This document shows positions 46,544 through 56,178 of a stretch of 64,000 nt of DNA, piece after piece. Both the position numbers and the translations under genes were made by a program. Position 1 is the stretch's first letter; the number at the start of each line of letters is the position of its first letter. Origin of the DNA: an uncultured Alphaproteobacteria bacterium (GTDB lineage Bacteria; Pseudomonadota; Alphaproteobacteria; RF32; CAG-239); NCBI GenBank assembly GCA_944391425.1, contig CALXTO010000002.1, forward strand, positions 5,786 to 69,785, in the 5' to 3' direction. The notes under the pieces are model-generated. The model was not told where the DNA came from. It saw only the letters and a program-made list of their open reading frames with translations, and did not search any database.

Positions 46544-48493
46544 CTATTTCTTTTCTTCGTCTTTGATAACGGCCGGCGTTTTATCAGCTTTGGAGTTATC
46601 AATGGCGTCGGCCAGCGGCGTTTCATAAGTTTTTACCGCCGCCGGTTTTTTATTTTCAAATTTGCGTCCGCAAATTTCCAGCCCAAGACCTTTAAGAGCG
46701 GTTTCCACCGGAATAAACAAATCCGGAGAATCGTCCACCTTTTTGCTGGTGTGGGCAAGTCCGACAATGTTGCCGTTCTTGTCAATCAGCGCTCCGCCGA
46801 GGGTAACGGTCTGAACAAATGTATCGGCAATGATTTCGGCGCCGCGTTCTTCCGACCAGCGATAACCGGTGACACGTCCTTCATTGTCGATATAGCCTTC
46901 GCCTTCGGTGTCAAGATCCAACAGACCCAGAGTCAGCAGAATGTCTTTGTTGACTTCCGGCAAGGACAGAGACAACGGCAGCGGTGTGTATTCCGTCGGT
47001 TCGTCCAGCAACAGAAGAGCGACATTTTTGTTGGGGTTGACGCGGAAAGCCGCGCCTTTGAACTTTTTGCCGTTGATTGTCTGAAGGTTAAAGTTGTTGT
47101 TGCCTTTGATCATCAGATCCGCCGAAGTGAGAACCAGATTGTCGGCAATGATCAAACCGGCGCCTTTTTTGCCTTCGGCATTTTCTACGGAAATAATAGA
47201 AGCTCTCACCTTATAAAGGTTATAGGGATTGAGGTTTTCATACGGCGGCTGGTTTTCAATGCAGAAACTGTTGTTGATGTTGGCAAAAGAACTTTCAACC
47301 ATGTTACGGTTGGCAATCAGCTTCTCGTCCGCGGTATTTAAGGGAACGTCCAGCCAATAGTCATCGGCGATAGTTACTTTGTCGTCGATTGTTTTAACGA
47401 CGGTGCAGCCGTCATCAACAATTTCAATGGCGCGGCAATTGTCGTCAATGGCCAGACCGGCCGTTTTGCCGTCACGGGCTTTGATTGTTTTTCCCGTTGC
47501 GCTGGAACCTCCGGCCTGATCGACATTGTTGCCAATACCGGAAGCACAGTTTTGCAGCAGGTTTACGCCTTTGATTTCTTTGTCATATTGGGAGGCAAAG
47601 GTTTGGTTGCGCGCATCCAGGCTTTGGAGATAGGCCAGCTGCCGCTGAATATCTTCCGGACGGATGCGCTGGGCAAGCGTACTGTTGAAACAATCGATTT
47701 CCGGAAGCTTAATCAAAGCGTCTTCAAAAGCGCGTTCAACGAGGAGCGTTTCGCCATTGGGTTCTCCTTCCGAAATCTGTCCGTAACCGGTTGTGATACC
47801 CTTGCAGTAAACTTCGTCGCGGGCAAGGTTCATCACACGCCAGACGACCGTCATTTCAGAAGAACCGCTGCGCAGCTTTTTCTGTTTGACATTGTTCCAG
47901 TCGAATTCGTCACAGATATTCATGAAATAATCGGTAATTTCGGCTGTTATGATATATTCGGGATAGGGATGCTTATCCGAATCCATGTAATAGGGGCTTT
48001 TTTTATCAACGACAACCGGATAGTAATCGTTCATCGTTTCATAAAAGACATCGAAGAAACGCATATCTTTCTGCATGGCGCGTCCCTGATTGAGGAAAAC
48101 GTTCCGGCTTTCGCGGCGGCAGCCGAAAATGCGGAAACGATAGTTGCCGAGTTTGTTTTCAAACTCGTCGTATTTGCGTCCTTTTTGGATGCGGAAGTCA
48201 ACGTATTCCAGTTTGACGGGAGCAAAGGAATCGCGGCGGTGGTGCAGGTAAATGTAGGCATCGTACTGGCTGTCGTCGATAATCAGTGTTTGATAGCGGG
48301 GCTGAGTGCGGTCCTGCAGGTAGGAAATGCGCCGAACCGGTTTTTTCTTCATCGGTTCGCACATGCAGTCAAACATTCCCAAAGTGGATTCGCTGCCGTC
48401 GCACATACAGGGAATCAGTTCAGGGCTTTCTTTGCTGCAAGACGCCAGCAAAAAGAAGCCGAGCAGGAATTTGAGGGATGTTTTTTTCTTCAT
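46544..48493 (-). CDS. Cys-rich lipoprotein with a C-terminal, apparently inactive trypsin-like domain
   Basis: Lipobox LASC; GAGLIIA..LVLTSADL, NKNVALL, TLGGALIDKNGNIVGL match the trypsin-2 layout with triad residues replaced. Confidence 0.7.
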   Translation of the reverse strand: MKKKTSLKFLLGFFLLASCSKESPELIPCMCDGSESTLGMFDCMCEPMKKKPVRRISYLQDRTQPRYQTLIIDDSQYDAYIYLHHRRDSFAPVKLEYVDFRIQKGRKYDEFENKLGNYRFRIFGCRRESRNVFLNQGRAMQKDMRFFDVFYETMNDYYPVVVDKKSPYYMDSDKHPYPEYIITAEITDYFMNICDEFDWNNVKQKKLRSGSSEMTVVWRVMNLARDEVYCKGITTGYGQISEGEPNGETLLVERAFEDALIKLPEIDCFNSTLAQRIRPEDIQRQLAYLQSLDARNQTFASQYDKEIKGVNLLQNCASGIGNNVDQAGGSSATGKTIKARDGKTAGLAIDDNCRAIEIVDDGCTVVKTIDDKVTIADDYWLDVPLNTADEKLIANRNMVESSFANINNSFCIENQPPYENLNPYNLYKVRASIISVENAEGKKGAGLIIADNLVLTSADLMIKGNNNFNLQTINGKKFKGAAFRVNPNKNVALLLLDEPTEYTPLPLSLSLPEVNKDILLTLGLLDLDTEGEGYIDNEGRVTGYRWSEERGAEIIADTFVQTVTLGGALIDKNGNIVGLAHTSKKVDDSPDLFIPVETALKGLGLEICGRKFENKKPAAVKTYETPLADAIDNSKADKTPAVIKDEEKK

Positions 48494-48504
48494 GAGTTTT
48501 GCTC

Positions 48505-50028
48505 CTATTTACCATTGGAAGAAAGACTGCGCCGGTAAGACAACGCTTCCGCTATGTGCAGTTTAAGGATTTTTGATTCGTTTTGCAAGTCTGCAATTGT
48601 TCTTGCTAACCGCAAAGTGCGATGGTAGGCCCGGGCGGAGAGCCTGTTCTGTTCGGCAAAGGTAATCAACAGTTTTTCGGCATCGTTGTCAAGCGCGGCA
48701 ATTTGTTCGAGAAGCTTGCCTTTCAGTCCGGCGTTGGTACGAACGTCTTTCTCGCCCAAAGCTTTAAAACGTTCGGTCTGTAAGGCACGTGCTTTGACAA
48801 CGCGTTCTCTGACAGCGGCGGAGGATTCTCCTTTTTTAACCATGGCGAGGTCCCAGGGGCTGACGGCCGGTACTTCAATGCAGATGTCAATGCGGTCCAG
48901 CAAAGGGCCGGAAATTTTTGACTGGTATTCCGCTGCGCAAAGCGGTGCGCGGGGGCATTCCAATCCGGGATTTCCCAAATGTCCGCAGCGGCAGGGGTTC
49001 ATGGCGGCAACGAGTTGGAAAGCCGCAGGGTAGGTCGTGTGAGCGTTGACGCGGGAGATGCTGACGTTGCCGTTTTCAAGTGGCTGACGCAGGGCTTCCA
49101 GCGTTGAGCGGTTAAATTCGGGAAGCTCGTCCAAAAAAAGCACGCCGTTGTGCGCCAAAGATATTTCTCCGGGTTTGGCTTTGCGTCCGCCGCCAATCAA
49201 TGCAGGGGTGGAGGCGCTGTGATGAGGTGCCCGGAAAGGGCGCTCAAAGCAGATTTGTCCGTCTTTGAGTTCTCCGGCAACGGAGTGAATCATACTGGTT
49301 TGTAAAGCTTCTTCAACGGAAAGCGGCGGCAGAATCCCGGGTAATCTGGCGGCAAGCATGGATTTGCCGGATCCGGGAGGGCCGATCATCAAAAGGTTGT
49401 GTCCTCCGGCAGCGGCGACTTCAAGTGCTTTTTTGGCGCTTTCCTGGCCTTTGACATCGGCCAAATCCAGAAGAGAGCTTTGCGGCTGCGCTTGACGGGG
49501 CTGCGGAGGAAGAACGGGATGGATACCTTTGAAATGGTTAATCAGCTCCAGCAGATTTGGAGCCGCAACAATGTCTTTCAGTCCCGACCAGGCTGCTTCC
49601 GAACCGCAAGCCTGCGGACAGATAAGACCACGGCGTTTGTTTTTGGCATGCACGGCTGCCGGCAGAATGCCGTTGACGGGGAGGATTGAAGCATCCAGAC
49701 CGAGTTCTCCCAAAGCAAGATAGGGTTTCAGCCGTTCAGAGGGAATGATGCCCATTGCGGCAAGGACCGCCAGTGCAATCGGAAGATCAAAATGGGAACC
49801 TTCTTTAAGCAGGTCGGCCGGCGCCATATTGATAACGATGCGTTTGGGCGGCAGCTGCACACCCAAAGACTGCAATGCCGAGCGGACGCGTTCGCGGCTT
49901 TCGGCGACGGCTTTGTCCGGCAAGCCGACGATAATGAAATTGGGTAATCCGGCCGCGAGTTGGATTTGCAGGTCAACGTCCAGTGTTTCAAGACCGTTGA
50001 AAGTGAGCGTATTGATCCGGGACAGCAT
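48505..50028 (-). CDS. comM: YifB/ComM family Mg-chelatase-like AAA+ ATPase
   Basis: VGLPDKAVAESRERV, GPPGSGKSML, LFLDELPEF, AAMNPC.CG, ISGPLLDRID. Confidence 0.92.
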   Translation of the reverse strand: MLSRINTLTFNGLETLDVDLQIQLAAGLPNFIIVGLPDKAVAESRERVRSALQSLGVQLPPKRIVINMAPADLLKEGSHFDLPIALAVLAAMGIIPSERLKPYLALGELGLDASILPVNGILPAAVHAKNKRRGLICPQACGSEAAWSGLKDIVAAPNLLELINHFKGIHPVLPPQPRQAQPQSSLLDLADVKGQESAKKALEVAAAGGHNLLMIGPPGSGKSMLAARLPGILPPLSVEEALQTSMIHSVAGELKDGQICFERPFRAPHHSASTPALIGGGRKAKPGEISLAHNGVLFLDELPEFNRSTLEALRQPLENGNVSISRVNAHTTYPAAFQLVAAMNPCRCGHLGNPGLECPRAPLCAAEYQSKISGPLLDRIDICIEVPAVSPWDLAMVKKGESSAAVRERVVKARALQTERFKALGEKDVRTNAGLKGKLLEQIAALDNDAEKLLITFAEQNRLSARAYHRTLRLARTIADLQNESKILKLHIAEALSYRRSLSSNGK

Positions 50029-50035
50029 CTGCGTT

Positions 50036-50422
50036 CTACCAACGAGGAGTGAGTTCGGAATTGCGCCAGCGCCGGGTGGGATAGGTGTCGACTTTTAAAA
50101 AGTCATAGTTGGCGGTTTTATAGGGAATATCCCGGAAACGAACATATCCGAACTTTTCAAAATAGCGGGCGCATTGTTCGGCGGAATATTCTTCGTTGCT
50201 GTAGCAGTGAACGATGTTGCGGTTTTCAAGATTTTGCAGCCCGATATGGTTTTCGTCGTTGACATAGGGGACTTCCGTTACGACACGAATGATTTTTTTT
50301 GTTTTTGGGGGGCTTTGAAACCATGTTTTCCATTCGCATACATCGCATTTTGCTACTGCAGACGCAGCCAGGCAGCAGCTTAAAAACAGGGCGCAAAACG
50401 CGGGCAGAAAGGAACGTTTCAT
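50036..50422 (-). CDS. Hypothetical exported protein
   Basis: Signal peptide MKRSFLPAFCALFLSCCLAASAVA; paired Cys residues. Confidence 0.6.
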   Translation of the reverse strand: MKRSFLPAFCALFLSCCLAASAVAKCDVCEWKTWFQSPPKTKKIIRVVTEVPYVNDENHIGLQNLENRNIVHCYSNEEYSAEQCARYFEKFGYVRFRDIPYKTANYDFLKVDTYPTRRWRNSELTPRW

Positions 50423-50528
50423 TAAAAACTCCGCATAAATCCTTATAATTCTATCATACCTTAGCGCCAAAAGATTAATTTTATACTAAAATATGCTTGC
50501 AAAATAAAGTTTTTGTGGTATGTTGCAC

Positions 50529-50614
50529 CCCGTCCCTTGCTGTGCCGAAAGGCAAAGCTATACAAGAACCGGCTTTAACAAGCCATTTGTTGAGAATCCA
50601 TAAGGAGATTTTTT
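50529..50614 (+). promoter_or_regulatory. Putative S6:S18 ribosomal-protein leader RNA
   Basis: Follows the TTGCAA-N16-TATGTT promoter; CCC motif (tcccttgc), tgcc-gaaa-ggca hairpin and SD AAGGAG upstream of rpsF. Confidence 0.55.
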
Positions 50615-50950
50615 ATGAATAAATACGAAAGCGTGCTTATTGCACGTCAGGATTTGGGCGCTTCGCAGGTTAACAGCCTGGTCAGCGACTTTTCAAAAGT
50701 CATTGCCGACCAAGGCGGGGAAGTCGTCCGCGTTGATAACTGGGGTTTGAAAAACCTGGCTTATCGCATTAAGAAAAACCGTAAAGGCTATTATGTTCTG
50801 CTGAACATTTCTGCTCCGGCGACCGCAATTGCTGAGTATGAAAGATTGCTCCGGGTTAACGAAGACGTTATCCGTTACATGACTGTCAAAGTCGACGAAT
50901 TTTCAGAAGCCGCCGGTGAAAGCGCTTCCGAAGCCGCTGTTGAAGAATAA
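50615..50950 (+). CDS. rpsF: 30S ribosomal protein S6
   Basis: [26 protein letters not shown]. Confidence 0.97.
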   Translation: MNKYESVLIARQDLGASQVNSLVSDFSKVIADQGGEVVRVDNWGLKNLAYRIKKNRKGYYVLLNISAPATAIAEYERLLRVNEDVIRYMTVKVDEFSEAAGESASEAAVEE

Positions 50951-50961
50951 GGAGAACGAAA

Positions 50962-51189
50962 ATGGCTAAACAGGTATTTTTTAGAAGAAAAAAAAGCTGT
51001 CCGTTTTCCGGTGAAGACGGATTGAAAATCGACTATAAGGATGTTAAGCTGCTTTCCCGCTATATTTCGGAAAAAGGCAAAATCATCCCCAGCCGCATTA
51101 CTTCGGTTTCCGCAAAAAAACAGAGAGAGCTGGCTCGCGCCATCAAACGCGCCCGTTATCTCGGTTTGTTGCCCTATGTCGCTATGTAA
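50962..51189 (+). CDS. rpsR: 30S ribosomal protein S18
   Basis: [31 protein letters not shown]. Confidence 0.98.
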   Translation: MAKQVFFRRKKSCPFSGEDGLKIDYKDVKLLSRYISEKGKIIPSRITSVSAKKQRELARAIKRARYLGLLPYVAM

Positions 51190-51205
51190 GCAGAGGAGAA
51201 AAGAA

Positions 51206-51694
51206 ATGGAAGTTATTCTGCTTGAACATGTAGAAAAATTGGGTAAAATGGGCGAAAAAGTAAACGTTAAAAACGGTTATGCCCGCAATTACCTGCTGCC
51301 GCAGAAAAAAGCTCTGCGCGCAACGGAAGCCAACTTGGCTGTTTATGAAAAGCAAAAGGCTGAATTGGAAGCTCACAACAAACAGCTGTTGGAAGAAGCA
51401 ACCAAAGTTGCCGAATCCCTGAAAGGCTTCTCCGCGGTGCTTATTCGTCAGGCGGCCGAAACAGGTCAACTGTACGGTTCTGTTACCATCCGTGACATTG
51501 CCGCCGCGATTAAAGAGGCCGGTTTTGGCGTTGAACGCCGCCAGGTTTATCTGGAAAAGGCAATCAAAGATCTGGGTGTTTATGAAGTTAAACTTAATTT
51601 GCATCCTGAAGTCAGCCAGAGCATTTTGGTTAATGTTGCCAGAACTGAAGATGAAGCCAAAAAACAGGCTAAAAATTACAACGTCGAAGCATAA
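51206..51694 (+). CDS. rplI: 50S ribosomal protein L9
   Basis: MEVILLE, VKNGYARNYLLP, GQLYGSVT. Confidence 0.97.
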   Translation: MEVILLEHVEKLGKMGEKVNVKNGYARNYLLPQKKALRATEANLAVYEKQKAELEAHNKQLLEEATKVAESLKGFSAVLIRQAAETGQLYGSVTIRDIAAAIKEAGFGVERRQVYLEKAIKDLGVYEVKLNLHPEVSQSILVNVARTEDEAKKQAKNYNVEA

Positions 51695-51709
51695 GTTTCG
51701 GTTTGTAAG

Positions 51710-51738
51710 AAAAAACCCCGGGCAGTCCGGGGTTTTTT
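51710..51738 (+). terminator. Intrinsic terminator after rplI
   Basis: aaaaaaccccgg-gcagt-ccggggtttttt. Confidence 0.85.
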
Positions 51739-51816
51739 ATTTTTCTGCATAATTTTTTGCCATTGGTTAGCATTTGTTAAAACTCTTGTGTTATTTTGAC
51801 GAGCAAGGAGATTTTT

Positions 51817-53100
51817 ATGCTGGAAAAATGGCGCAAAGCCGGAAAGGTTTATTTTGACAGACGAATGCTGGTGATGATTCTGCTCGGTTTTTCGAGCGGA
51901 TTTCCGCTGCTTTTGGTGTTCGGAACCTTTAATTTGTGGCTTAAAGATGCCGGCGTTTCTCTGGCGGCCATCGGTCTGTTTTCGCTGGCCAAGACGCCAT
52001 ACAGCCTGAAATGGATGTGGTCTCCGATTGTGGACCGAGTGAGGCTGCCGCTGTTTAATCGCCTGGGCCGTCGCCGCGGCTGGGCTTTGTTTACTCAGCT
52101 TTGGCTGATTGCGGCCTTGTGGGGCATGGCGATGACGGATCCGGCTTTAAATCCGGTGCATATGGCATGTTTTGCTTTTTTGATGACAATTGCTTCGGCA
52201 ACGCAGGATATCGTTTTGGATGCCTATCGCATTGAGAGTTTCAGCAATCGCGAACAAGGCGCCGGGGTGGCCGTTTTTGTGCTGGGTTATCGTCTGGGAA
52301 CAATTTTTTCGGGGGCCGGCGCTTTATTTATGGCGGCAGTGATGAGCTGGGAGGATGTTTATAAAATTATGTCGGCAGGCGCCGTTATCGGCATGTTGAC
52401 GATTTTGCTGTCCAAAGAGCCCAAGACTGAAAAAAAGGCCGAAAAAGTTCGGAAGCAACCGCCTATGATTCGGGCGGCCGAGTTTTTGAAAAATTCTGTT
52501 TACAGTCCGTTTGCCGATTTTATGAAACGTCCGGACTGGGTTTTGATTTTACTGTTTATTTTCTTATATCGCATGAGCGATGCTTATATGGGGCCGATGG
52601 CTTATCCGTTTTATGACGATATGGGTTTTTCCAAGGTTCAAATTGCTTCGGTGACCAAAATTTACGGGGTTGCGGCAACCATCGCCGGAACAATCGTCGG
52701 CGGTTTGGCCGTAAGCCGCTGGGGAATTGTCCGTTCGCTGATTTTGTGCGGTATTTTGCAAGGGGTATCCAATCTGGTGTTTGTTTTTCAGGCTTACGCG
52801 GGAAACAACCTTTATGCTTTAATGCTGACGATTGCGGTTGAAAATGTTTCCGGCGGTATGGGAACGGCAGCTTTTGTCGCTTATTTGTCGTCATTGTGCA
52901 ACCGGGCTTATACGGCAACGCAGTATGCGCTGCTTTCTTCTTTTATGAGTTTGGCGCGCGATGTCTTTGCGGCAACTTCCGGCTTTTTGGCCGGCACAGT
53001 TTCCTGGGCGGTATTTTTCGTTATAACGGCGCTGATGTCAATTCCGGGGCTTCTGATCTTGTTTTGCCTGATCAGGCGCCAGTCCATCCGCAATATCTAG
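51817..53100 (+). CDS. ampG: Muropeptide MFS transporter AmpG
   Basis: LGFSSGFP, KWMWSPIVD, LGRRRGW, SATQDIVLDAYRIE, YTATQYALLSS. Confidence 0.93.
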   Translation: MLEKWRKAGKVYFDRRMLVMILLGFSSGFPLLLVFGTFNLWLKDAGVSLAAIGLFSLAKTPYSLKWMWSPIVDRVRLPLFNRLGRRRGWALFTQLWLIAALWGMAMTDPALNPVHMACFAFLMTIASATQDIVLDAYRIESFSNREQGAGVAVFVLGYRLGTIFSGAGALFMAAVMSWEDVYKIMSAGAVIGMLTILLSKEPKTEKKAEKVRKQPPMIRAAEFLKNSVYSPFADFMKRPDWVLILLFIFLYRMSDAYMGPMAYPFYDDMGFSKVQIASVTKIYGVAATIAGTIVGGLAVSRWGIVRSLILCGILQGVSNLVFVFQAYAGNNLYALMLTIAVENVSGGMGTAAFVAYLSSLCNRAYTATQYALLSSFMSLARDVFAATSGFLAGTVSWAVFFVITALMSIPGLLILFCLIRRQSIRNI

Positions 53101-53858
53101 ACTTTATACGGCAGTTTGGAATAAATAAATTCACTCAGCCAGTTGGGCAGAATTGAACCGAACCATGATACCAGACGCATCGGCCAGGGGAAAGAGATGA
53201 TTCCCACATTGCGCTCCAGTCTGGCAGCAATGATTTCGGCAGCCCGCGGCGCATCCATCAGAAACGGCATAGGACAGGTGTTTTTATCAGTGATGCGCGA
53301 GCGGACGAATCCGGGACAAATGACGCTGACATTGATATTATAGGGCTTTAGGGAAAGCCGCAGTGCCTCGCCCCAAGCTTTGACGCAGGCTTTGCTTGCG
53401 CTGTAGGACGGACAAGTCATCAGTCCGTGATATCCGGCAATGGAGCTGGTGATGGCAATCGTTTTGACGCGGGGGTTGGGGCGGTTCTTGAAAATTTCAA
53501 TAAAGGGGATTACGGTATTTAATACGCCAAAAATGTTGGTGTTAAAAGTGTTGTATACGTTTTCCGGCGTTTCTTCAAGCGTGGCGACGCCGGCATTGGC
53601 AAAAACCAGATTGAGAGGAGCCTGTTTTTCACAATTGTCGATCCATTTTTCCATGGCAGTACGATCGGTAACGTCGATGACTTCGGCAAAGACTTCGCAA
53701 CCTTCGGCGCGGCATTGCTTGGCAACGCTTTCCAGACGTTTTTTGTTGCGTCCGCATAAAAACAGAGTTTGGGCGCTGCCGGCGTAGTGAAGCGCCAATG
53801 CTTCGCCGATACCGCTGGAAGCTCCGGTAATGAGAATGTTTTTGAATTTCTGCATCAT
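53097..53858 (-). CDS. SDR family NAD(P)-dependent oxidoreductase
   Basis: ITGASSGIG, ANAGV, YSASK, ICPGFV. Confidence 0.93.
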   Translation of the reverse strand: MMQKFKNILITGASSGIGEALALHYAGSAQTLFLCGRNKKRLESVAKQCRAEGCEVFAEVIDVTDRTAMEKWIDNCEKQAPLNLVFANAGVATLEETPENVYNTFNTNIFGVLNTVIPFIEIFKNRPNPRVKTIAITSSIAGYHGLMTCPSYSASKACVKAWGEALRLSLKPYNINVSVICPGFVRSRITDKNTCPMPFLMDAPRAAEIIAARLERNVGIISFPWPMRLVSWFGSILPNWLSEFIYSKLPYKV

Positions 53859-53929
53859 TTTTCCTTTCGGTAAAAACTTTTTAAATATTTATATATATAA
53901 TACCCGAAAATCAATGAGGAGTATATGCC

Positions 53930-54835
53930 ATGAGTATAGCAAGCATGACGGGATTTGCAAGAAACTCCGGAAATTGGGAGGCGGAGGACGGAAGCGTCAG
54001 CTGGGTGTGGGAACTCAAAAGCGTCAACGGCAAGGCTTTGGACGTTAAGGTCAAGCTGCCTCCTGCATGGGAAGAGCTGGGGATAGTTCTTAAGAGTATA
54101 GCGGCGAAGCATTTGCAGCGAGGAAGTTTGAGCGTTTTGCTGGATGTGAAAAAAACGCAATCGGACGGTTGTTTGAAAATCAATTCGGCATTTTTGGAAG
54201 AGCTTGCGCAAAGGGCGATTATGCTGTATCAGAGCTATCCGGGCGAAATTGAAAAACCCGTCAGCAGCCAGTTGTTAGCGATTAAAGGCGTGGCGGAGAC
54301 GGAGGAAAACCCTCTGACGGAAGATGAGGTCGCGCGGCTGCGGGAAAAAATGCTGGCCGGGTTTGAAGATGCCTGCTGCCGGCTGAAAGCAGACAGAGAA
54401 AAAGAAGGCGAAAAAATTCGCAGCGTTTTGGTTGTCATATTGCAAGAAATAAAAGAAAAAGTTCGGGGTATTGAAAAAGTTGCCGCGACGCTTCCCGAAA
54501 AAATAAAAGAAAAGCTGCAAGAACAACTAAAGCAATGGCTGGAGCCTTCGGCGCAGATCAGCGAAGACCGGTTGGCACAGGAGATTGTCTTTTATGTGAC
54601 CCGGGCCGATATTCGGGAAGAAACAGACCGGCTGAAAGCTCATATCAAAACAGCGGAACAACTTTTGAACAGCGGTGAAGCGGTTGGCCGGCGGTTGGAT
54701 TTTTTGTGTCAGGAGTTGAATCGCGAAGCTAATACGACTTGTTCAAAATCAACGGATGTGACAATTACTAATTTGGGAATGGATTTAAAAGCCCTGATCG
54801 AACAGTTCAGGGAACAGGTTCAGAACATAGAATAG
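53930..54835 (+). CDS. yicC: YicC/YloC family endoribonuclease
   Basis: SMTGFAR, ELKSVN...LD, DIREE.DRL, GRRLDFLCQELNREANT, REQVQNIE. Confidence 0.93.
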   Translation: MSIASMTGFARNSGNWEAEDGSVSWVWELKSVNGKALDVKVKLPPAWEELGIVLKSIAAKHLQRGSLSVLLDVKKTQSDGCLKINSAFLEELAQRAIMLYQSYPGEIEKPVSSQLLAIKGVAETEENPLTEDEVARLREKMLAGFEDACCRLKADREKEGEKIRSVLVVILQEIKEKVRGIEKVAATLPEKIKEKLQEQLKQWLEPSAQISEDRLAQEIVFYVTRADIREETDRLKAHIKTAEQLLNSGEAVGRRLDFLCQELNREANTTCSKSTDVTITNLGMDLKALIEQFREQVQNIE

Positions 54836-54845
54836 GGGAAAAAGC

Positions 54846-55508
54846 ATGAACGAAGTTATCGACAGGCTTAAAAAAGTGCGCAAAGGGGCGATGTTTATCA
54901 TTGAAGCGCCGTCCGGGACCGGAAAAGGGACTGTGGCGAAAGAAATTTTGAAAAACGATCCGAATATCAAGTTTTCGGTTTCTGTTACGACGCGGCCGCC
55001 GCGCGAGGGGGAAGTCGAGGGCGTTGATTATTATTTTGTGACCGATGAACAATATGATGAATTTTTGGCTCAGGACGCTTTTTACGAGTATGTCGATTCC
55101 CAATACGGCGCCCGTTACGGAACTTTGCGTTCGGAAGTCGACAGCTTTATTAACGTAGGGCAGGACGTTTTGTTTGACATGGATTGGGCCGGCGCCCGCC
55201 AGATGCGCAAAAAGGCTGGGAAAGACGTGGTAACGATTTATTTGCTGCCGCCATCAATCAAAGAACTTCGTAAACGTTTGGAAAACCGCGGCACGGATTC
55301 CAGGGAAGTGATTGAAAAGAGAATGGGGATTATTCTTGATAAGATCAGCCATTGGGATGAATTTGACTATGTTATCGTCAATGTCAGCTTGGAAGAAACC
55401 GTCAGAAAAATTCAGAAAATTATTTCCGGAGAGCGGATGAAAAGAGTGCGTCAGGTGGGATTGAAAGGTTTTGTGCAAGAGCTTATTAAAGAAGCCAAGG
55501 AAGATTAG
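54846..55508 (+). CDS. gmk: Guanylate kinase
   Basis: APSGTGKGT, SVTTRPPREGEVEGVDYYFV, YGT, RGTDS. Confidence 0.96.
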   Translation: MNEVIDRLKKVRKGAMFIIEAPSGTGKGTVAKEILKNDPNIKFSVSVTTRPPREGEVEGVDYYFVTDEQYDEFLAQDAFYEYVDSQYGARYGTLRSEVDSFINVGQDVLFDMDWAGARQMRKKAGKDVVTIYLLPPSIKELRKRLENRGTDSREVIEKRMGIILDKISHWDEFDYVIVNVSLEETVRKIQKIISGERMKRVRQVGLKGFVQELIKEAKED

Positions 55509-56080
55509 TTCGTTTTGAGGCTGCGGCGCTGATCCTCATTCATGGCTTTATAAACCAAAGCGGCATTTTCTTCTGCCCGAGGAACCTGAAGAGACGCTGC
55601 ATGGCGGTAAAGCCGGAAAGCTTTGACATAATCGGTTTTTACGCCGACGCCTTTGGTATACATCCAAGCCATGACTTCAACCGCTTTGGCGTCGTTTTGG
55701 CGTGCGCGATATTCGATTTCCTGAAGCTCCAGCGGTGTGACGCGGTTTTCGGCGACGGCTTTCAATGTATTGTCCCACTTGAGCTGGCGCGCTTTGCGCA
55801 AAGCATTGGGATCCGGGCGCGTGTTGGTGAGGTTGAGCGGCTTTTGATCAGGGTTTTTCAGCGTTTCGGGCGTTTGTGCCGGAATTCTTTTTAAGATTTC
55901 TTCCTCTACCAGAATATCCGGAATGTCGCGGTTTTTAACAAACATGGGCAGATAACCCTGATTGTCGGAACGGATAATGTCGCGGTAAAGCTCGTCAAGG
56001 CTGGACGCTTCCGCAACGCCGATTTGCGCCGGTGTTAGGAAAACCATCAGACTGAAGATTATTTTGTAAACTTTTTTCAT
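55505..56080 (-). CDS. Exported Sel1-like repeat protein
   Basis: Signal peptide; 'A...MAWMYTKGVGVKTDYVKAFRLYRHAA'. Confidence 0.8.
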   Translation of the reverse strand: MKKVYKIIFSLMVFLTPAQIGVAEASSLDELYRDIIRSDNQGYLPMFVKNRDIPDILVEEEILKRIPAQTPETLKNPDQKPLNLTNTRPDPNALRKARQLKWDNTLKAVAENRVTPLELQEIEYRARQNDAKAVEVMAWMYTKGVGVKTDYVKAFRLYRHAASLQVPRAEENAALVYKAMNEDQRRSLKTN

Positions 56081-56178
56081 TTTTCTAAAATTTGTTTTAT
56101 TTATTGTAATAATATCAAAATGTTGCTATACAGGTCTAGAAGATTTTGCCGCTTATAAACATGATTTGGGAGAGCCGC

